Position numbers and translations under genes: made by a program
Part shown: in pieces, positions 1 to 11,002 of the stretch
Position numbering within the stretch: the first letter of the stretch is position 1
How the letters are laid out: each line of letters opens with the position of its first letter
The notes under the pieces: model-generated
Database searches by the model: none
What the model saw: only the letters and a program-made list of their open reading frames with translations
Told to the model about the DNA's origin: nothing
NCBI RefSeq assembly: GCF_036321535.1
Contig: NC_087447.1
Coordinates: forward strand, 6,696,001 to 6,759,879
Source of the DNA: Camelus dromedarius
Taxonomy: Eukaryota
DNA: 63,879 nt
Reading direction: 5' to 3'

Positions 1-80
1 CCTTACCCTCATTTCATCCACAGGGAAAAACAAGGCTCAGAGAGGTTAAGGTGCTTGTCCAAAGTCACACAGCAAGTGAA
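1..80 (-). mobile_element. MIR fragment
   Basis: AAGGCTCAGAGAGGTTAAG...CCAAAGTCACACAGC core. Confidence 0.75.
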
Positions 81-389
81 AGGGGGTCAGGGTCGAGACA
101 GAGCCAGCCTCTGACTATCCGCTACAGTGCCCAGGTGGGCTGGAGCTGAGAGGCTGTGACAGATGGAAGGTGCTGGGGGTTGCGGCACAGATGGTCCCAG
201 TACTGCATTAGGAAGTAGAGCCCAAAGCTGGTTACTGAGGCTCAAAGGCCCAAGGGACTGTTCACCCCTTCTTCTGGCATTGCCTGGGCCTCTCCCTTTA
301 CAGCCCCCACCCCAGCATCTCCCCTGGGGACTCCAGCTGACCTCCAAGCTCTCTGCCTCCATGGCCTCCAGGCCCCATGCCATCCGGCT

Positions 390-720
390 GCTTCATTGTA
401 TTTCCTTCTCACTCCCTCTCCCACTCTGCTCCTGCCATGCCAGTCCTCTTCAATTGCTTGAACAGTCCCTGCTAGTTTGTGCCTCAGGGCCTTTGCACAG
501 GCAGTTACTCCTGCCTCCAACAGCCTTCCCCCAGATCCTCATATGGCTGCTAGCTTCAGGGATCACATTCCCCAGACCCCTAGCTAAGGCAGCCCCTTCC
601 TGTCACTTATCCCACCAACTGCACCCTCTTTTTGGTTGCCGTTACAGCGTTTACCACTATCTGATGTCACCTGTCTCGGCCCCCACTAGACAGTGAGAGC
701 CAGGACTGAGTGCACCACTT
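390..720 (+). mobile_element. L2 3' fragment
   Basis: CTCAGGGCCTTTGCACAGGCAGTT...CCCACTAGAC L2a pattern. Confidence 0.75.
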
Positions 721-3272
721 GCAGCCCCTCGTCTCTGGGCTGTCAGCCAGCCCCAGACTCAACACCCTAGGCCAGGAACGAGAAAGTGGTTTCATCTCAA
801 GGGCCAGTGACCCTGGTCTTTGAGAGTCTGAGATGACTCTCAAAGCCCATCAGGTGATGAATGAGGATAACTGCTGGGGGTGCAGGAGGAGGGAAGGCAA
901 TATCCACGCCTTGTACCAGCTACACCTACCCCCTTACCCCTGCCATCAGAGGGACAAGCCCTTTGTCCTGCCAGCCTGATGCCAATGGTCCTCATCTCTG
1001 TTCTTTGAGCTTCCATTTGGACCCTGACTTTAGCCCAAAACAGTAGCCACAGCCTCCAAACTGGCCTTCCTCCCTGCCTATTGCCTCTTCCATCCAACCC
1101 CGGCATTCATCTTCCTCACACCCCTTTCTTCCATCATTTTTCTGATCCATATTTCCCAGTAGCCCTCATTTCTAACCAAGATCCTTGGCCACCATCTGCC
1201 ACCCTCCTTGCCTAACCACTCCCAGGAGGGGACACTGCCGTTTGTGCGCTCTCTCTATCTGGACACTCACAGGACTCCAGGGTCGGGAGGCTGTGAGGAT
1301 CACCCACTTTACAGATGGGAAAACAAAGCCCAAAAAGGGACAGTGCCTGAGGCCACCAGAATCAGTGGTTCCACCTGCCAAGTCTCCCGACTCTCGTACC
1401 ACACTAGACCTCGAGTCCTCTGAGGGCAGGGACAATAGTCTCGTTCCCCACCAGACCCCTAGCATCTGGATCTCTGCCCAGCACAAGGCGGGGGTGCTCT
1501 GCACATACTGGTGAGATGAATGAGGTAACTGGCTAGCTGGGACCCCTGGGACACTGTAGGGGAGGCGGGTGTGGGACAAGTGTTCCTTCCTTCTGCCAAT
1601 GGCCCAGCCCCAACCAGCCTTAAACCCTGGGTCCCAGCAGCTTAGAGGACTCCTGTTGTCAGGACGGGATTACGCTGACCCTGCAGTCCCACACTTCCAG
1701 ACGGGGCCTTCCTGCCTGGAGGCTGCCACCCAAACGAGACTGACAATCCTGGGAGCCCTGTTCCATGTAGAGCGACAATGGCACTGAGAAGGTCAAACTT
1801 TCCCAAACACCCAGCTTGAAGGGCGGCTCCAGCAGACGGTACCCCCTCCCTGCCTCACGGCCCCAGGGCATCTGTCACTGCTTCACCCACTCTGGGGGTG
1901 GTGTGGGGCCAAGAGTTCCAAGTCAAAGCTGAAGTGGCCTTTCAGCCTCCTGAACCCGGCCTGGGAACAAAGTGGGTGCTGACTCTGTGCTGGGGCCTCC
2001 TGGACAGTGCAGTGCCCCAGAGTGACCCACCGGCCACACAGGCAACCCATTCATGTTCTTACAAAGGGGGAGCAGGAATGTGACGAGTAGGGAGTGGGGG
2101 AAGAAACAAGCTGCCCAACTGCAAGGACAGGGAGCCTGAGGCAGGGCAGGGGCCGGACACATGAAACCACCCCACCCCACCTCACCCCCTCGGCCAGCTT
2201 TCCCAAGAACAAGCCAAGGGGCCCACAGTCCTGACCAACAGTCAGAAGGGGTAAGGAGGGGCAGCTGAGCTGGGTGGGGAGCGGCCAAAAGAGACCGGTC
2301 AGCAGGAAGCGGGTGGGCGAGAACAGCAGCTGGGCAGGAAGCTCCCACTGGTGGGTGGGGGTGGGGAGACGGGCAAGCCTCTCCCACCAGGCCAGCGACG
2401 CCCTTCTTGCCCTATTCCTCTATAAGGGAGGAGACTATTTAAGCTCAGAAAACATGCCTGGCCCCCGCACGAGCTGGGGCATCCTCTCCCCTGGCCCCTT
2501 CCCGTCCAAGCTAGCAAGCTAATGGCTCTGAGATCCCAGGGAGCACCTCGCCCTCCCTGTCCCCCAGGTCTGAGAGTCTGGAGACCCCCCTCCACTGCCT
2601 CGACTCCCATGCCACCCCTGCCTTGGGATCTCAGCCTGAAGGGGCATGGCAGGGCGATCACTGGCCAGAAACCAGCCAGGGCTGGAGGCGCCCTGCAGAG
2701 AAGTTGGGTTCCCACTTATCCTGCCCTCCCCACCCTCAGGGGAGGCTGCTTCCTGGGCCAGGTCCCACCTTCCTCCATGGCCCGATGGAGCAGGACACAG
2801 TTCAAAGAGGCTGGCTGGGGGCCACCCAAGCTGCCCTTCTGATCTTGGTCCTACTACTCACTGGTCCCACCACTCCAAACCTCAATTTCTTCATCTGAAA
2901 ACCAGGCTGGGCCATGAGGATAAGGTAAAGTTCTGCTTGTAAAATGTCAGTTCAGGCTGTGGCACAGAACACGTGCTCAGTGAACGTGGTCCCCTTCCCT
3001 GCTCCTCCTGACGCTCAGGTCCAGGAGCACTGAGGCTGAGGGGCAGGCTCAGCCCCTCCTCTGTCTCACCAGAAAGAAAGGAGGTGGGAGCAGAGGGGCC
3101 AGGCACCCTCTCAGGTCTCTGGGTCCTGAAAGCCATGGATGGCTCCTGGACATACACAAGTCCCCCCTTTCCCTAATGTATAGTGGCCAGAGGTTCTGGT
3201 AGCTGCCCCCTCCTTCCCACTGGTCAGAGCCTTCCAACTCTCCGGCCTGGGCTTCTCACTGCTAAGCCTTAC

Positions 3273-3440
3273 CCAGCAGCGGGGAGGCGAGCCAGAGGGC
3301 GAAGGCATCCAGGGCGATGTCCGAGAGCTGCAGGACCTCACGGACAGCACGATGCAGCTCGTGGGCACTGAGTGAGGGCAGGTTCTCCACAGCCAGGGGC
3401 ACCATCTTGTCATCCGCCAGGTACACCAGCACATCAGCTG
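3273..3440 (-). CDS. FRMD8: FRMD8 second coding exon (168 nt)
   Basis: Acceptor CTGCAG|CAGCTG, donor TGG|GTAAGG; phase 1-1 is consistent with the previous exon. Confidence 0.93.
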
Positions 3441-4975
3441 CTGCAGTGGAGGCCAGGCAGGGTCAGCTGGGCCCGCTGCCCAGGCACAGGCATGCCAACA
3501 AGGCACCCTCCACTACCCAACCCTACACCCCTTGGGGTGACCAAGGCTACATGCCAAAGGCAGAGCCCCAGCGTCCCCAAAGGATCCTGTGAAAAGTGCT
3601 GTCTGTTAGGACTTACTGGAGACCCTCAAATCACCCAGAAGCCCAGCAACTCTGGCCCAGGGAGCAGCCTAGCCCCACCTTAATCCCACAGGTTCAAATT
3701 AGGGCTGGCCACTGCCCCTCTACACAGTCCCCTGGCAGCCCCAAGGACTCTGGGGTGCTTCTCCCCTGAAGGAGAACATACCACAGGAGGGACTGAGGCA
3801 GAGACAGGCTGAACCTATCCTGAGGTCAGAAAAGTTAGTATATCAAGCAGGGAGTGGGGGAGGGCTAGTAATCCACTGTTATCCTTCGGTAGGCCGCTGT
3901 CTCTCTCTGGCCCAAGCTAACATGGGAACAGAGGATTCTCAAGGCCACCCTAGGGTAAAACAAGTTCCAGGGCTCAGCTTCCTTAGGACTCCTCAAGCTT
4001 CAGGACTCACACTATGGCCTTTCAGGACAGCCTTGAACAGGTAGGAGAAATACAACCCAGAAAATTGAGTGTTCCATTGTGACAGCCTGTGGGGTGCCTG
4101 TCTGAAGCCTAGAGCCAAAGGGAGACCCTTGGAAGAGCAGCCAGATTCAAATCTCTTTCGCTGGACCTGCAGGTACAGGGGGGGAGCACTGAGCCTGGAG
4201 GTGGATATGCTCCGGTCCCAATCCGAGCCTGGCCTATCTAGTTGACTGACTTCAGCAAGTCAGTGTGTCAGTTGCCTCATATGCAGAGTAGGGCTAATAC
4301 CCCTCCCCTCACAGAGTGGCTGTGAATCAAATGAGGTGAAGCCTATGAAAGGCAAAGGCATAGTTTATTATTCATATAAGTAAACGTGCTTTGGGGGATC
4401 CCTAGACTGTTCTGCTCTAAGAGCTACTTTCTTCAGAGATCATAAAATAATATCCAAGAGGCTGAAATTCAGATTCACTTTTCAGGCAGGGAAATCTGGG
4501 GCAGTGAAGTCTCCAGTATCCTGTGACTTAACCTCTCTAAGGCCCAGTTTCCTTCCTATAAAATGTAGATAATGATCCTTGTTTTCAAAAGGCCACTTAA
4601 CAAACAAAGAAAGTGAATGTATCCTCTTTCATTCAGGAGATTTCGCTTGAATTTCATGGTTAGGTAAAATTTTACAAGTGAGGAAACAAGTTAGATTGAA
4701 GAAAAGTACTCAACTTGCAGTGACAGATCCCAGGTCCTGATTGACCTGTCATTTTTCCACACCTCAAAATACTTTGTTAACTAATAAATAAGATTCTCTT
4801 TAATCAAAGAGATGACAAGCCAGGGCCACTTCCTTAGGGCTTGGGCCCTAGAAGGGAATGGCAAGGAAGGGACTGGGGACAGGGACTCACCTCGGGCTCC
4901 TACGGAAGACACACTGCTTCTATGGGATCGATCAGCGGGGGCAGGCTGCCCAGCATTGCCTTCTGTCCCGTCCAT
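3273..4975 (-). CDS. FRMD8: FERM domain-containing protein 8 (iTAP), 5' part only: coding exons 4891-4975 and 3273-3440; gene continues beyond the window's left edge
   Basis: The spliced translation [84 protein letters not shown] matches the recalled FRMD8 N-terminus. Splice sites are canonical GT/AG and the gene sits in its syntenic position next to SLC25A45. Confidence 0.95.
4190..4385 (+). mobile_element. MIR
   Basis: CAGTTGCCTCATATGCAGAGTAGGGCTAATA...GTGAATCAAATGAG core. Confidence 0.65.
4891..4975 (-). CDS. FRMD8: FRMD8 first coding exon (85 nt)
   Basis: Acceptor CAG directly before the ATG at 4975; donor GAG|GTGAGT at 4890. Confidence 0.93.
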
Positions 4976-5149
4976 CTGTAGAGGGAAAGAGAAAAAGCAG
5001 TTACTGGAGGGTCCAGGGATCGGGGTGCTGGAGCCCTTCAAGCTCTCACTGAGGAAGGGAGGGGTCCCGAGTTGATCTATGAAGGTGAACAATCAGGGCT
5101 GGCAGCACTGGTGTGCAGACTAGCGGGGTGGGGGGCTGAAGGTTCTCAG

Positions 5150-5900
5150 CCTACTGGAGGTCGGGGCTGGAGGAGCGAGTAGGGCCGTGGTGGTCAGGAG
5201 AGGGGTCAAGCTCCGCTCGCTGGGATGCTCAGGCACCGCACGGCGCACCCCCGTCCCGGGTGGGGGCCCGTATAGGGCTTCGCGGCGCTCTCACCTCACA
5301 GGGACACAGTGCTTGCAGCCTCAGCCCAGGTTCCTGCTCTGACCCGGCCCCGGGCTGCCGCTCCCGCCCCACAGCCAACCGGGACTAGGGATCCTGCTCG
5401 GGTTCCAGCTCCGGGGTCTGCGACGCGGAAGCTGAGGCGGAGGAAGCGGGGCGCTCACGGCCACGCCTCCCCGGCCCGCGGGTGCCAATTGGAGCCCGGG
5501 ACTGCCGCGCACGCGCGCTGCTTGGAGCCCGCGCACTTACGACTCCATCCCCGCGGGCCCGCGCATGACCGTGACGTCCTGGCCTCACGCCTCCCGCTTC
5601 TGGCTGCCGCATTACAAAACCGTCCAGCCACCTATCCGAGTGACTGGGGACGAGTGACCCAAATACACAGGCCCCAACTGTTGGCCTGCAACGGGGTGTG
5701 GCGAGGGTTCAAGGCAATCGGGGAGAGGGGCGCGAGCTCTGGCGTTCACACGCGTGTGACTTTGGGATGGTCCCCTCACCTGTGAAAGGGAGATGCTTCT
5801 TGGGGGCGTGTCAGGGATCCACACTGGGTTGGGCGCTAGGTGAAGGTGACGTAGGCAGCCGCCTGTACTGCAGGGCCTCGAGACCGAGAGGGGTGATGGG
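5150..5900. promoter_or_regulatory. CpG island / FRMD8 promoter
   Basis: High CpG density, ETS-like CGGAAG (~5426), CCAAT (5485-5489), CRE-like TGACGTC (5572-5578). Confidence 0.85.
5295..5450 (-). other. FRMD8: FRMD8 probable non-coding exon 1 (5' end approximate)
   Basis: Strong donor GAG|GTGAGA at 5294 inside a CpG island; TSS not determinable from sequence. Confidence 0.65.
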
Positions 5901-6617
5901 CTTTACGCGGTGATCAAGAGATATGGTGCCTGTCCGGACTCATCCTAGACAAGCCCCTTCCCCTCGAGGCCTCAGTTACCATCTGCAAAATGAGGAGGTT
6001 AGACTCGATGACCTCCAAAGATCCTCAAGTTATATGTCAGAATCCAGGCTAGGCACACTTATTCCAGGGAGCAGTCACATGAGCCTTCACTATCTTAGAC
6101 ACACAGCCCTGGACACCTTGCGGCATTCCCAGGCTGGGGAGAGGCGTTGGGGCCCCAAAGAGGCAGGTGTGAAACAGCTTATCCCCAGGGTCATGTCACC
6201 AACATGTCCTGGCAAGGCTAGCCTATGTGTGCCTGAGGGGTAGGTCTCAGGGAGAAAAACAGGTCCATGGGGTGCCTTCCTGAGCTAGAGGAGCCAGAGG
6301 TTGTTTGAAGTGACAATGGGCTGGGTGATCAGGAAGGTGGGGGAGGGGCGGGGCAGTGGACTCTCCCTGCCCCGATTCCCCAGCGTTGGAAGGCAGCTCC
6401 GGCTCCTAACCCAGTCCAAGTTTTCTCAGTATTTGAAACAGCTCTTTGCTTGCCCTCCAGGACCCACACTGCCCCATAATTGGCCCATTACAACATGTCT
6501 TTCTTCCTAGCAAGACCTAGGGATTCAAGGAAGCTCAGATGCGAGCAGTGGGAACAGACATCTCCCTCCAGGTTCCCCACTCTGGGACCAGGTGGGAGGC
6601 TTGGTGTCCTCCCTAAA

Positions 6618-6752
6618 CCGGCAGCTGGCCCTGGGTCTCCAGTTCTCTCTCTCCATCTCCAAAGGGCCCCAAAGAACGTAAAGTTCCCCAAATACCCTCA
6701 GCCTGCCCCTCCAGATCTCATTGCTGCTTTTAAGTTTCCCATCAGATGCCCA
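6618..6752 (+). repeat. 135-bp unique-looking sequence, arm 1 of an inverted repeat
   Basis: Reverse complement of 7919-8053 with 7 mismatches in 135 nt and no indels (hand alignment). Confidence 0.95.
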
Positions 6753-7039
6753 CATAAAGTGTTCAGGGGTCCTTGAGAGTCACGGCCCTGCCCTCAGGAA
6801 GTTTATGTTCTGGTTTCGTTGGGCACTGGAGGGAAAGAGGAGAAAGAAACCCAGGAGAAATTCATATTTAAAGCTACATAATGTGTCAGAATTGCCTTAA
6901 GAGCTATAAAATGCCACAACAGGAAGAGCAGGGTCCTCAGTTCCTAAGCACCTACTATGTGCTACGCCCTTTCCCACGTGTTTCCCTGTGTCGTCCTCAG
7001 GGACCCTGTGAGTGGAAGTGAAAGTAACAGTAGCTGCCA

Positions 7040-7215
7040 TTTGTGGAGCATGTGCAGTGTCCAGACCCTAAGTGCTTTAGTCCTGGCAACATTACGAGGT
7101 AAGTATTATCTCTCCATTTTACGACGAGAAAACAAGATCAGAAAGGTTCAGTAACAAAACTGACATGTGGCAGTGTGTGTGGTGATGGTGAGGAGCCTGG
7201 AACCCAGGTCCAGTG
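7040..7215 (-). mobile_element. MIR within the inverted-repeat spacer
   Basis: GAGGTAAGTATTATCTCTCCATTTTAC...GAACCCAGGTC. Confidence 0.7.
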
Positions 7216-7918
7216 AGAAGGGGCACTGGGAGAGATTCCTGAAGCCATTCCAGGTCTCGGGAGCTGCAGGAGCACTGTTAGGACACGAGGGAAACCCTGG
7301 GCACTCAGAGCACAGCAGGTGGGAAGGTGGGTGGCACCCACGGCAGGGGGAGGGCGCATGAACACCAGGCGGAGAGGGGTGTGGTGGGTTTGGCAGGCAC
7401 TGAGGACATTTTGGAGGCTGTGAGCTAGAGAGTGACAAGATCAGAGCTCTACTCTGCCAGGTAGAGGGTTAACCTGGTGAAACTTGCAGGAGGATTGGAG
7501 AAGAGCTGGCTCAGGGTGGGGCTGCCCTCCTGCAAGGCTGGGAGTGGCAATGGATTTCCCTTGAACTCAGGAGGTGTGATGGGACTAGAGAGGAGCGTGG
7601 GGTCCATTCTGAAGTGACAGGGCAGACTGAAGGCCTTTAGAGCCAAGAGGCCTCAGACTCAGCACCTGCTGGGCTGGCCCCTTCTGTGAACAATAAAGGC
7701 CCACAGAAGGGCTCGCCCAGCATCACTCAGGGGGAAACGGCACTGGGACGGTAGCCCAGCCCTCTGTGAGAGACCAGGCTCTGGAAGGTCTTCAGGGCAG
7801 CTCCAGGGGGAGGGAGTCAGAGATGAACCCTGCTTCTTAGAGCCTGTCCACCCACAAGTGGGGTGAGTGTGTGCTGCTTTGGCAGCAGCGGGAGAGAAGG
7901 ATCAGCAGGACTCGTCCT

Positions 7919-8053
7919 TGGGCATCTGATGGGAAACTTAAAAGCAGCAATGAGATCTGGAGGGGCAAGCTGGGGGTATTTGGGGAACTTCATGTTCTTT
8001 GGGGCCCTTTGGAGATGGGGAAAGAGAACTGGAGACCCAGGGACAGCTGCCGG
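7919..8053 (-). repeat. 135-bp sequence, arm 2 of the inverted repeat
   Basis: Reverse complement of 6618-6752, about 95% identity. Confidence 0.95.
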
Positions 8054-8081
8054 GCGGCCCACTAATGCTGCTCCCTGACTC

Positions 8082-8790
8082 GTCCACTCATTCATTGCTT
8101 CAGTGAGTATCCATTGAGTGCCTACTCTGTGCCACATGCTATTCTAAGCCTTCAAAATAGCATCAGTGAACAAAACAGCTAGAGATCCCTGCCCAGACAG
8201 ACAACATTAATTGCACAATGTGTCAGAAGTTGATGAGTGAAAGACAAGGTTGGGCCAGGGAAGGGGAACCAGCAATGCTGGGCGGGTGGGGCAGATGGCA
8301 AAATTCAGTGAGCCAGTTAGGGTGGGCTCACTGTGTGGGTGACGTTGGAGCCCAGGCCAGAGGAGGCCACCTGCAGGCGGGAAGAAGAGAAGGAGGTCAG
8401 AGGCTACGGGGACACCTCGAGGGCACCAGAGCCTAGGAAGGCTTTGGTTGACTCTAAACAGGATGGGGCATTGCAGGGTGTGGAGTAGGGAAGAGATAGG
8501 GTCTGACTTACATTTCAACCGCATCATCTGGTTGCTGTGGAGAACAGACAGGCAGATGGCAGAGGGGCAGGGAGGCCAGTTGGGGACAGGAATCCAAGTG
8601 GAGGTGACAGTGGCTTTGGGTCAGGACAGTAGCAGTGGAGGAAATGAGGAGGGGGTGGACTCAGGATCTGTCTTGAAAGTAATAGTAACACGGGCTGGAC
8701 CTCATGGAATGGTGAGGTGAAGGGAAAGGAGGGATTAAGGTGATTCCAGGGGTTGGCGCCAAGTCTGGGGCTTTCACAGCTTTCTCTGGG
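8082..8790 (-). mobile_element. L2 fragment
   Basis: CATTCATT tail, ATTGAGTGCCTACTCTGTGCCA, GGGCATTGCAGG..TTTGACTT pattern. Confidence 0.75.
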
Positions 8791-9130
8791 CAATGGCGCC
8801 TGAGCCCTGGATCTCCATGCCCTTAAAAGAAGACCCCCTCCTTCTCAACCTCCCTCTGCCAAGCCCCCACTTCCCAGCATTCCTGAGAATAGAAATCTGA
8901 CAGTATATTTATGGCTGTTGATGTCAAGAACGGGTTACATCTGTGCCACCAGGCTCTCCTAACGCCCCCTTCCTCCTTGTTTGCAGCCCACCTTGCAGTT
9001 GGCACTTTGTCTGCAGCCACAGGTCTGCTGCCATGCTCTGCCCCACCTTCTGGTAGCATGAGTGCAGCCTAGCCTGCCTCCACGTCCCCACTGCTGCCAT
9101 CCTCCGGGCCTTACCTCAAAGGCATCCACG

Positions 9131-9686
9131 TGAGTTTAACAGAAAAAGTCAGAAATGTGGCCCTGGAGGATGTGATCCTGAACGTGGACACTGATAAAAG
9201 AAATTTTCACATATTGAGTAATGGGGAAGTCATTCTGGCTTATACATGAGTTAATTTGAATTTTATGCTAACTAGAACAGCCTATCAAACATACATTGTA
9301 CATCTGCTTTAATTATTACAAAAAAGGGTGCATTGACCAGAAGTAAAGAATCTCTATGTTGCAAATAAAGACCAAATTCCTCCCTTCCTGGGATGCCAAT
9401 GCCAGTGCCCCTTTGGTGATAAGACTCTCCTCCCAGGTTCCAAGGCCACACTGACTCACAGTGTACATGCTGATCTGTTTTTCTTTAAACTTGAAGGAAT
9501 ATATCCTTGACTTGTTTGATGTTCTTTGTTCTGACAAGATATAAAACTGTGCTGAAAATCTTGCTTCTCCAGAGCAGTTCCACAGTTATCTGAGAGGCTG
9601 TCTTCCAGGGTACAGTCTCAGTTTGGCTCAAATAAAACTTGTTTTTATCTCTATGATAGAATGTTTGTTGATTGCTTTCGTCAACA
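9131..9686 (+). mobile_element. Solo ERV LTR (probably ERV1 class; 5' boundary approximate)
   Basis: About 550-bp AT-richer island with TATAAAA (9540-9546), AATAAA (9631-9636) and a 3' terminus ...TTTCGTCAACA, matching U3-R-U5 layout. Confidence 0.75.
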
Positions 9687-10149
9687 ACATCAACACCTGG
9701 AAACCTCCTCTGATGACCTCCCAAACCTCCCAAATAATGTGAGAGCAAAGAGTCTCAGAAAGCGCGGGCCTGGCCGCAGATCATACAGCTGGCCGAGGCA
9801 GGGCTGAGATGGAGCCCGGTTTAGACTAGGCCAAAGCCCACGTTGTTTCCATTCCATGTACACTGGCCCCTCTGAGGCAGAGAGAAAGAGATGACAGAGT
9901 AGGAAAAATGAAAGTACCAGACACTTGTGCAGCACACAACACATGAGCAAAGTCTGATTTATAAAAAGATGTAACAAACTTTCAAAAGATACAAAATATC
10001 ATTTTCAAAACAAAGGGTGAGTGTACTTAACTGTACTCTGCTCAGAACAGAGCAAGAGGGTAATTGAAATAACCATTCATGCTATAGCAGGTTTAATGGG
10101 CCAGCAGCAGCGATAGTTGGTCGAAGGAAGCAGAGAGGAAGAGAGCGGT

Positions 10150-10379
10150 TCGGGTCCCTGCCCCATCAGTTTGGGTTGTTGTCCAAAGAGAAACGAGCAG
10201 TCATAGCCCGGTCACCCCGCAGCAGAGACACACCACCCTTTATACACCAAGTTCCAGCTTTCCCCTGGGAAAGAGGCAAGGAGAGGAAGAGGCAGAAAAG
10301 GAGGCTGTTTATGACAGGCGCGGGGGAGTCACTCGTAAACAACCCCACAACCCCGGGAGAAGACGAGCTTCCGGCCCTG
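10150..10379 (+). promoter_or_regulatory. SLC25A45: SLC25A45 probable promoter and non-coding exon 1
   Basis: Donor CTG|GTGAGT at 10380; forkhead-type TGTTTAT (10306) and GTAAACAA (10335); candidate acceptors for the next exon give starts at 10947 or 10963. Confidence 0.5.
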
Positions 10380-10965
10380 GTGAGTCACTCCTCTCTGCTT
10401 CTTCCTTCTTCCCACCCTGCGCCTGGGCGCCTGGCTGCGCCTGGCTGCCTCAGGCTGGACCTGCCCCCTGATGGCCGGGCCCAACCTCCGCTGGCCTTGC
10501 AGCCATCCTGGGGTGAGCGGGCTGCCTGCCCCTGCCCGTGTGGTGCTGTGGGGATGAACGGGAGCTTGGGCAGGGCAGGGCCGGGCCGGGCAGGCAGGGC
10601 CTGGCCCTGAGTAGGCTCCTTCAACCCTTGCTGACCGAGGAAGCCCTGGAGGGGCCCGACCGGGGCCTGGGCCCAGCTGTGGCCCTGGTCACGCTGCAAG
10701 GCTGTTGCTGGCTGCCGGGGGGGTCAGGCCACCTTGGGCCACCCTCCCTGCCCCTTGAGATTTCATACTCTGCAGGTCTCCAGCTCACCAGGCCACTTAA
10801 GTTGGCTGATTCTGTGTCCTGGTGCCCGAGGCCTTGGCACCGGGCCTTCACCCAGGGTTAAACATTAGTAGCAGATTATCAGTCCCGGGGCCGTAGGAGG
10901 GGTGGAATTACACTTTCACCAGCGTCTCCTCTGCTGGAGCCACCAGTGCCCGCCTCTGCCAGACA

Positions 10966-11002
10966 ATGCCCGCGGAGGAGTTTGTGGCAGGCTGGATCTC
11001 CG
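10966..11002 (+). CDS. SLC25A45: SLC25A45 coding exon 1 (37 nt)
   Basis: [12 protein letters not shown]; donor CCG|GTGAGA. Confidence 0.95.

Noticed and set aside
1-3272. Further FRMD8 coding exons
   Set aside because: The next expected peptide (EVQLKPKHQPYKL...) is not found; the region is intron and the exon lies left of the window.
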